IMG/VR virus record: IMGVR_UViG_3300036835_000152 | Direction: 5' to 3' (one strand) | DNA: 20,849 nt | Source of the DNA: a virus | Shown here: positions 15,196 to 20,849 of the stretch, piece by piece | Layout of the letters: each line of letters begins with the position of its first letter | Numbering within the stretch: the stretch's first letter is position 1 | Position numbers and translations under genes: made by a program | The notes under the pieces: generated by a model | The model's input: only the letters and a program-made list of their open reading frames with translations | What the model was told of the DNA's origin: nothing | The model's database searches: none

Positions 15196-15642
15196 TTATC
15201 CGGGTGGTTGCGGCTCGGGCTCGGGTTGTCCGAGGGCTTGGTAGATCGTGGTCTGCCCGGGCGGCACGATGGGGGCTTCGGGGGGCCTCGGTTCGCGGCG
15301 CGGCACCTTGGACGGCCGCCGGGTGCGGTGGTGGGCGTAGTCGGTGGTGGCCAGGGTCTCGGGGTTGATGGATGCGAGCGCCAGGCGGCCTCGGACGGGC
15401 CGGGATGCGAGCACCGGTGCGGCCCCGGCGGCGTCGGCCAGGTCGGCCAGTTCGGCGCGTTCGGCGTAGGACAGGCGGCCGGATATCTTGCAGGACACGA
15501 TCACCGGCGGGTGTCCGGCGCGGAGTGCGACGAGATCGGCGGGCCCCAGCGATCCGGCGGAGCGGACCACCAGCCACCCGGCGTCGGTGAACACGTCGCG
15601 GGTCTGCCGCTCGAAGTAGTCGCCGCGGGTCCGGTTGCTCAC
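15196..15642 (-). CDS. Holliday junction resolvase, Hjc-like PD-(D/E)XK (148 aa, GTG start)
   Basis: GDYFERQTRDVFTDAGWLVVRSAGSLGPADLVAL...VIVSCK matches the archaeal-type Hjc resolvase motif order (E...D...xK). GTGA overlap with the RecT stop. Confidence 0.75.
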   Translation of the reverse strand: MSNRTRGDYFERQTRDVFTDAGWLVVRSAGSLGPADLVALRAGHPPVIVSCKISGRLSYAERAELADLADAAGAAPVLASRPVRGRLALASINPETLATTDYAHHRTRRPSKVPRREPRPPEAPIVPPGQTTIYQALGQPEPEPQPPG

Positions 15643-16691
15643 GGCGCACCCCCGGGCCCGTCGTGGACGTTCATGGTGCCGTCATCGTTGAGCGTGAAAT
15701 ACGCCTCGCCGGTGACGATCCGGTCGAGCGCCGACAGCACCCGGTAGCCGTCGTCGCGGGTGAGATCGTTGGTGGAGTCGATCCGGTGCCCGACGATCGC
15801 GGAGCACAGCGCCAGGCGTTCGGAGCGGGTCGCCACCGACCCCAGCACCTCCCCGAGTTTCGCGTGCAGCGCGCGCAGCGGCCGGACCCCGATGGGTACC
15901 GGCTCGGGCGGTGGCTCGCCCTCGGTGGGCGGCTCGTCGTCGGGCGGCTCGGGCAGCGGGGTGTCTTCCACCGCCGGGGTGGGGTCCATCGGCGCCGGGC
16001 GTTTGGGCGGCCGCGGGTCGTCGGTGGCGGTGCCGTACCGGGATTGGTCGGGCGGCGCGATGGGGGGGCGTTCGATCGCGGCGGGCTCATGCTTGCGCTG
16101 CCGCCTGATCGGGGCCCGCGGCTCGGGGTCGGCGGCCTCGGGGGCCACCTGATCCCAGCCGGGCCAGTCGGCGGCCTCCTCGGCCACGTAGGACAGGCCC
16201 TTCACCACGTCGGAGAACAGTGCTCGGGCGAGGTCCCCGGTGGCCCGGGCCAGCAGCATGGCGCGGGGGTACCGCTGCCAGTTGGGCCGGTTCAGCAGCC
16301 CGGCGGCGCGGGCCATGTCGATGGACCACTCCACGACCATCCGCTCGGACTCGGGGGCGCCGCGGCGCAGGCCCGCGACCCGCACCCGGGTGCCGGACAT
16401 TTCGAGCACGGTCAGGGTGTGCCCGTCGCGGAGGATCAGCGCCCGCATCAGTTCCGCGGAGGGTTGCGGGCGGCCCTCCACGACGTGGATCCCGGCGAGG
16501 GCTTGCATGGGCCCGATTCGCAACTCGTCGCCGTACATGATCGCGGCGGTGATCACGTCGGGCTTGCCGCGCATCGCAGTGGGCACGAATTCGGTGTTGG
16601 CGATCCGCTCGGCCAACTGGCTGGCGGGCACCAGCACCGAGGCCCAGCGGGCCAGGCCCGCGTCCGCGGGCTCGATCGTCGCCATGCTCAT
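15639..16691 (-). CDS. recT: RecT-family single-strand annealing recombinase with a Pro-rich linker and an extra C-terminal domain (350 aa)
   Basis: The start is set at ATG 16691 (ATGA overlap with the exonuclease stop). RecT-like core: GKPDVITAAIMYGDELRIGPMQALAGIHVVEGRP...EWSIDMARAAGL...NWQRYPRAMLLARA. The C-terminal ~90 aa form a separate helical domain. Confidence 0.85.
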   Translation of the reverse strand: MSMATIEPADAGLARWASVLVPASQLAERIANTEFVPTAMRGKPDVITAAIMYGDELRIGPMQALAGIHVVEGRPQPSAELMRALILRDGHTLTVLEMSGTRVRVAGLRRGAPESERMVVEWSIDMARAAGLLNRPNWQRYPRAMLLARATGDLARALFSDVVKGLSYVAEEAADWPGWDQVAPEAADPEPRAPIRRQRKHEPAAIERPPIAPPDQSRYGTATDDPRPPKRPAPMDPTPAVEDTPLPEPPDDEPPTEGEPPPEPVPIGVRPLRALHAKLGEVLGSVATRSERLALCSAIVGHRIDSTNDLTRDDGYRVLSALDRIVTGEAYFTLNDDGTMNVHDGPGGAP

Positions 16692-17485
16692 GCCGACACC
16701 TCGCCCTCGGACCAGTCGGGCAGCGGGGCGCCTACCGAGTCCCGGGCTTCCTTGGTGACCCATTCCGCGACAGCGGCACAGTGCAGGAACCGGCCGTAGG
16801 CGGCCTCGGAGGCGTTGACGGGCACCAACTGCACCCCATCGGGCCGGACCCACACGACGGCGGCCTCATCGGTGGGCGGCATCAGCAGCACCCGGCCGCC
16901 GATCTGGATGTGGGAGGCGTGCCGGTAGGCGGCCAACTGGAGTGAGTCGGTGTCCCGGACCCCGGACGCGGCTGTCTTGTAGTCCAGCAGCCAGCGGCGC
17001 CCGTCGCCCATGTCCGCGATCAGGTCGAGCCGACCGGCCCACCAGTGTGTTTGGTGGAACACGATCGCCTCGTGTACGACGGGCTCGACCCCGCGCGCGT
17101 CCAGGAACCGGGCCAGGTGCCCGGCCATGTCCAGCACCTCGGGCGGCAGCGGGGTGCCGTCGTCGTCGCGGTCCCCGACCGGCTCGCCGTACACCAGCCG
17201 CTCGGCCACGGTGTGCAGTTGCCTGCCGAGATCGCCACCCGCGTCCCGTACCCGGTCCGGCGCCTTGGCCGCGGTCTCGATCCACACCTGTTCCCCGAGG
17301 CTGGCCAGGCCCTCGGCGTTGGTGGCGCACCATTGTGCGGCGGTGCGGGCCGCCCAGGCGATCAGGAACGGCTTCCCGATCGCCTTGTTGAGAATCGTGG
17401 TCACCCCGGGGCAGTAGCGCCCGTCCAGTGAGTAGGTGTGGCGGCGCTCGTTGAACACCACCCGCTCAGTTGTCTGCTCGATCAT
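16688..17485 (-). CDS. PD-(D/E)XK exonuclease (RecE/RecB-like partner of RecT, 265 aa)
   Basis: HTYSLDGRYCPGVTTIL N-terminal motif, GRLDLI...LLDYKT (D...D/E-x-K) and QLAAY (QxxxY). Confidence 0.8.
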   Translation of the reverse strand: MIEQTTERVVFNERRHTYSLDGRYCPGVTTILNKAIGKPFLIAWAARTAAQWCATNAEGLASLGEQVWIETAAKAPDRVRDAGGDLGRQLHTVAERLVYGEPVGDRDDDGTPLPPEVLDMAGHLARFLDARGVEPVVHEAIVFHQTHWWAGRLDLIADMGDGRRWLLDYKTAASGVRDTDSLQLAAYRHASHIQIGGRVLLMPPTDEAAVVWVRPDGVQLVPVNASEAAYGRFLHCAAVAEWVTKEARDSVGAPLPDWSEGEVSA

Positions 17486-17798
17486 CGGTCTGTGCCTCCA
17501 CCCCGTCGTCGGGGCTGTCGTCGGGCACGGCCAGACCGAGAGGCAGCGGATCCCCGGCGGGGATCACGTCGGGCCCACGCTCGGCCTGCCGTAGAACATC
17601 GTTGATCTGCTCGGCGGACATGCGAACCATGCCGCCGATCAGGTAGTGCGGCCACTGGCCGCCGTGGATGGTGCGCTGCCGTACGTACTTCTCGGAGACG
17701 TGCAGCAGTGCCGCGATCTCGGGCACCCGGAACAGTCGGAGCGTTCCCGTCCGCTCACCGCTCCCGGGGTCGAAAACCGGGTAGTCGTCAGGGGCCAT
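17466..17798 (-). CDS. MerR/excisionase-family HTH protein (110 aa), first gene of the long minus-strand operon (Cro- or Xis-like)
   Basis: ATG 17798 with a GGGGAGG RBS. LFRVPEIAALLHVSEKYVRQRTIHGGQWPHYLIGGMVRM matches the HTH_17/excisionase pattern. Confidence 0.75.
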   Translation of the reverse strand: MAPDDYPVFDPGSGERTGTLRLFRVPEIAALLHVSEKYVRQRTIHGGQWPHYLIGGMVRMSAEQINDVLRQAERGPDVIPAGDPLPLGLAVPDDSPDDGVEAQTDDRADN

Positions 17799-18030
17799 GG
17801 TGCCGCCTCCCCGAGACACTGGCCGAACACCACCAGTACCGCTCGGCCGCGGTGCCCGCAATCGCCCGGAACGGGGGTGGCGGGCTGGCCCTCGGTGCGC
17901 TAGCCGCTCGGCGGCCGCCGCGGGCCGGGTGTGGCCCGGCGCCGTGTTTCGCTCCCGTAGCGCGAACCTGTCGCGTTAAGGTGCCGCGTGTCGGCGCCCA
18001 ACCGGGGCGCCCACTCGGGGAGGAAACACG
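17799..18030. promoter_or_regulatory. Divergent intergenic control region (putative lysis-lysogeny switch)
   Basis: 232-bp gap between divergently oriented genes. Contains a hairpin CGGGCC-N6-GGCCCG (17921-17938), GGCGCC-N7-GGCGCC (17993-18011) and a TAAGGT -10-like hexamer (17977-17982). No promoter could be assigned with confidence. Confidence 0.45.
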
Positions 18031-18402
18031 ATGCCAACCAAAGCCTCTAGGACGGCGCCAGTGCCGGATGAGGATGCGCCCAAGGTGAGCGCCGAGACGT
18101 TCGCCGCGGGCCTGTCGCCCAAGGTCCTGCACTGTCGGGAACTCGGCCACAACTGGCGGCCTCACGTCGCCAGGTGGGAAGCGGACTCCCGGACGTTCTA
18201 CCGGGAACTCCGCTGTTCCAACTGCCGGACGATCCGGCGTCAGGTTCTCGACAGCCACGGCCACCCGCGCAGCAACTCCTACGCCTACCCGGACGGGTAT
18301 CAGGCTAAGAACGTCGAGCGGGGCACCTACAGCCGCGACGTGTTCCGGCTCGAAGCGTTGATGCGCGAGGTCTCGGCGCCCGGCCTGAGGCGGGTGGTCT
18401 AG
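18031..18402 (+). CDS. Hypothetical zinc-ribbon-like protein (123 aa), first gene of the plus-strand pair
   Basis: GGGGAGGAAA RBS 5 nt upstream of the ATG. HCRELGHNW ... CSNC motif. High GC3. Confidence 0.65.
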   Translation: MPTKASRTAPVPDEDAPKVSAETFAAGLSPKVLHCRELGHNWRPHVARWEADSRTFYRELRCSNCRTIRRQVLDSHGHPRSNSYAYPDGYQAKNVERGTYSRDVFRLEALMREVSAPGLRRVV

Positions 18403-18404
18403 AC

Positions 18405-18926
18405 ATGGCAACCGAGATCGTCCGGTGGTGCGACCGGCACCTAGCGACCAAGGATGAGCGGGTGCCGGGTGAGTCGTGGTCATTCCAGATCACCAGCCCG
18501 TCCGGCGGCAACGTGACGGCCAGCGTGGACGCCTGCCCGGACTGCGCGGCGCCCTACGCCGAGTTGGTCGAGTACCTGCGCGAGCACGGCACCCCGGGCG
18601 GCCCGATGGACACCGGCCCGGTGGCCCGGGCGTCGAGCGTGCGCCGGTCCCCGAGACCGGCGACGGTGGGCACCGACACCAGCCCGCCGATCGGGAAGGC
18701 CGCCTACGGCAAACCGGCGCCGCCGTGCCCGGTGTGCGGGTTCCAGTCGTCGTCCAAGGCGGCGTTGCAGGGTCACCTGCGCGAGCACCACAACACCGAC
18801 TGGTTCCGGGCGTTCGGCTTGACCCCGCCGCTCACCTGCGACCTGTGCGGGTGGGGCTGTGCCACCGGCACCGGTCTGGCCGCGCACCTCCGGATCACTC
18901 ATCCCGATCACGCCTCGGGCGGATAG
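18405..18926 (+). CDS. Protein with two classical C2H2 zinc fingers and an Lsr2-N-like N-terminus (173 aa). Candidate repressor or silencer.
   Basis: CPVCGFQSSSKAALQGHLREH (C-X2-C-X12-H-X3-H) and CDLCGWGCATGTGLAAHLRITH (C-X2-C-X12-H-X4-H). The start is 2 nt after the upstream stop. Confidence 0.75.
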   Translation: MATEIVRWCDRHLATKDERVPGESWSFQITSPSGGNVTASVDACPDCAAPYAELVEYLREHGTPGGPMDTGPVARASSVRRSPRPATVGTDTSPPIGKAAYGKPAPPCPVCGFQSSSKAALQGHLREHHNTDWFRAFGLTPPLTCDLCGWGCATGTGLAAHLRITHPDHASGG

Positions 18927-19068
18927 CCCGCGGGTGCAGTAACCGGCGCAGGCCCTCCAGCCGGTCCGGGTCCAGCGGTGGGGCGTGCTCGGCGCGTTTG
19001 GCCCCGGCCTCGCGGAGTCGGGCCAGGCGGGCCGCCTTGCGGCCCTCGGGGCGTTCCTTGGGTTCCAT
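18895..19068 (-). CDS. Possible small basic ORF (57 aa from ATG 19068). Doubtful.
   Basis: High GC3 over most of its length (MEPKERPEGRKAARLARLREAGAKR...). However, there is no clear RBS, it overlaps the convergent plus-strand gene by 32 nt, and it lies downstream of the integrase terminator. Confidence 0.25.
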   Translation of the reverse strand: MEPKERPEGRKAARLARLREAGAKRAEHAPPLDPDRLEGLRRLLHPRAIRPRRDRDE

Positions 19069-19316
19069 AGCCCGGTACGGTGCGGCGGAGCGTCGGGGGC
19101 CGTCCAACGGGCGCGACACGCCCGGCCGAACCGGTCGGTTCCTGCCAGATTCGGGGAAGGTTGGCAGGTTTACCGGCGTGTCGCGTGGCCGCCAGGTCAG
19201 GTGTCGTCAGGTGCGGGCCGCGTGTCGGCCGCGCCGCGCCGCCCGGGTCCGCTCAGGATTTCCGGGGATTCTCAGAATGTGAGACCGCCCGCGGGGGGTG
19301 GGCGGAGCACAGAAAA

Positions 19317-19350
19317 GGCCCTCCCCGACCGGTCAGGGTTGGGGAGGGCC
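19317..19350 (-). terminator. Rho-independent-type terminator downstream of the integrase
   Basis: Perfect 10-bp stem GGCCCTCCCC / GGGGAGGGCC with a 14-nt loop, followed on the minus strand by TTTTCT (complement of 19311-19316). Lies 56 nt after the integrase stop. A second hairpin CCGCCC-N9-GGGCGG is at 19285-19305. Confidence 0.65.
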
Positions 19351-19405
19351 GGGGACGGACCCGCCCAAGCGTGTTGGGGCGCCAGCGGGGCCCGCCAGGG
19401 GCAGG

Positions 19406-20821
19406 CTACCGGCGCCACTCGATGATCAGGTCCCGGTCCCCGTCGAACGGGGTGTGCCGGGTCGGCGCGCCGCGCAGCGCCACCCGGGCACACAGGTGGT
19501 CGATCACCGCCCGCTTGCGGGCCAGCGTCAGGCCCGCCCACGCGGCCGCGGCACCGGCGCCGGTGAGGTCGGCCAGCACCTCCACCGGCTTGGCCACCTG
19601 CTCGCGGGCCTCCGCGATCCGGGCCTCCAGCGCCGCCAACTCGTCGCGGTACACCGCGGCGGTCATGTCGTACTCGGCCTCGGACACCTCCCCGCGGGCC
19701 TTGCGGGCCACCTCAGCGGCCCAGCGGGCGCCCATCGCGGTGTGGGCGGCCTCCAGGTCCGCCAGGCCTTCAGCGGCGCTGTCGTCCACCAGCGCCCCGG
19801 CCGCGTCGGCCCGCTCCAGCCGCCCGACGATCACGCCCTCCAGGTAGGCATCCACCTCATCGGTCTGCCGGTAGCAGTGACGGCCGGTGGCGCAGGCGTA
19901 GGCCCGGGACTCGGGGGCGTTCTTGGGGCCGGGGCGCCCGCGCAGCACCTCCCCGCACTCGGCGCAGGTGGCCAGGCCCGCGGCCAGGTAGCGCCGGGCG
20001 TTGGTGTACGACGTGCGCCGGGCCGGGTCGGTCAGGATGAACTGCACCCGCTCCCAGGTGGTCCGGTCCAGCACCGGCGGCCAGTCGGCGGCACCGAGGA
20101 TCTGGCCGCGGTGCACGCGCAGGCCCGCCAGGTGCGGGCGTTTCATCATGGTGCCCAGGTTGGGGCCCGCCCAGCGGGCGCCCTCGGGGGTCGCCACCTC
20201 CCGGGTGTTGAGGTCGCGGGCGATGCTGGCCAGGGTCTCGCCGCCGATGATCCGCTCGGCCACCTCCCGCACGATCGCGGCCTCGGATGCGCGGATCTCG
20301 GTCATGCCCGGCTCATACCCGAACCGGCGCCGTCCGCCGTGGAACTTCCCATGCTCGGCCAACTGTCGGTGCCGCCTTCCTGCGCGTCGGGACTTCTGAT
20401 CGGACTCGGCCGCGGCCAGCGCGGACTGGATCCGGAGCATGGTCACGTCGGTGACCTGTTGGGCGCCGGTCCACAACTCGGTGCCGGTGTGCTTGCACGC
20501 GGACCACAGCCGCTCCAGTTGGATGGGCTGGCGGGTGAACCGGTCGGCGTGCCACGCGATCACCGCCCGGTACTGGCCGGACGCGATATCGGCCAGCAGC
20601 CGCTCGAAATCGGGCCGGGTGACCGACTCGTCCCAGGCCGAACGGTTGTCGCCGTAGTAGACGATCTCGGCGCCCGGGTGGGCGCCCGCCATGGTGGCGG
20701 TGTTGTCCTCATGCTGGCGCTCGTTCGCCAGCGTCCACCCGGCGCCGTCGCCGGACCGCTTGGACAGCCGGGCGTAGGACGCCACCGGCCTGAGGTCGGT
20801 GGCGGTGGTCGTGATGGTCAT
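19406..20821 (-). CDS. int: Large serine recombinase (integrase, 471 aa)
   Basis: N-terminal resolvase catalytic motif ASYARLS plus RSAWDE...FERLL. Recombinase domain, then zinc ribbon CAECGEVL...YACATGRHC, then a long C-terminal coiled coil. Confidence 0.95.
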   Translation of the reverse strand: MTITTTATDLRPVASYARLSKRSGDGAGWTLANERQHEDNTATMAGAHPGAEIVYYGDNRSAWDESVTRPDFERLLADIASGQYRAVIAWHADRFTRQPIQLERLWSACKHTGTELWTGAQQVTDVTMLRIQSALAAAESDQKSRRAGRRHRQLAEHGKFHGGRRRFGYEPGMTEIRASEAAIVREVAERIIGGETLASIARDLNTREVATPEGARWAGPNLGTMMKRPHLAGLRVHRGQILGAADWPPVLDRTTWERVQFILTDPARRTSYTNARRYLAAGLATCAECGEVLRGRPGPKNAPESRAYACATGRHCYRQTDEVDAYLEGVIVGRLERADAAGALVDDSAAEGLADLEAAHTAMGARWAAEVARKARGEVSEAEYDMTAAVYRDELAALEARIAEAREQVAKPVEVLADLTGAGAAAAWAGLTLARKRAVIDHLCARVALRGAPTRHTPFDGDRDLIIEWRR

Positions 20822-20849
20822 GCGGATCCTTCCACGGTGGCCCCGCGGT
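20723..20849. repeat. Second copy of the 127-bp terminal overlap (identical to 1-127)
   Basis: Exact identity with the window start. Confidence 0.97.

Noticed and set aside
16692-16853. Upstream extensions of the RecT ORF (and similarly 6383..6715 for the gp10-like gene and 6007..6159 for the chaperone)
   Set aside because: The extensions overlap the preceding, well-supported genes in other frames. The internal starts give ATGA/GTGA stop-start coupling, consistent with the rest of the operon.
17921-17938. Hairpin CGGGCC-GGGTGT-GGCCCG in the switch region, containing TGTGGCCC, the same 8-mer as the right arm of the 14.5-kb palindromes
   Set aside because: It is tempting as a shared operator half-site. 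However, a single extra 8-mer match is about what chance predicts in 41 kb of two-strand, GC-rich sequence (my rough estimate is one to two occurrences), and the left arm is not conserved. I kept it only as something to include in binding assays.
18927-19405. tRNA or other structured RNA gene next to the integrase
   Set aside because: I could not fold any cloverleaf here. There is no GTTCGAATC-like T-loop with a matching acceptor stem. Only simple hairpins consistent with terminators were found.

Overview
The window is a closed circle. Bases 1-127 are identical to 20723-20849, leaving 20,722 bp of unique sequence. It is a high-GC (about 70%) actinobacterial-type temperate siphovirus or prophage-like element. 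All but two genes lie on the minus strand in one tightly packed array, with many ATGA/GTGA start-stop overlaps.

Gene order, reading the minus strand from about 17.8 kb downwards:
- Early region: a MerR/Xis-type HTH, a PD-(D/E)XK exonuclease, RecT, an Hjc-like resolvase, a zinc-ribbon protein and a small winged-helix protein.
- A striking array of four 20-bp palindromes.
- Packaging: one ORF that fuses an HNH endonuclease to the large terminase, followed by two small genes.
- Head: portal, HK97-type prohead protease, then an inserted EEP-family (DNase I-like) enzyme plus an orphan gene, then the HK97-fold major capsid protein.
- Neck and tail: head-tail and tail genes, a tail assembly chaperone with a candidate -1 frameshift, tape measure, a Dit-like protein and a small minor tail protein.
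- Lysis and integration: CHAP-type lysin, holin, an orphan gene, and a large serine integrase that spans the window junction.

Two plus-strand genes (18031-18926) sit in the repressor position. Both are zinc proteins. One carries two classical C2H2 fingers behind an N-terminus that looks like the Lsr2 oligomerisation domain.

I could not recognise a small terminase, a canonical HTH repressor, any replication initiator, helicase, primase or polymerase, or a Tal/tail-fibre gene. All functional calls come from reading motifs by eye. No database search was run.
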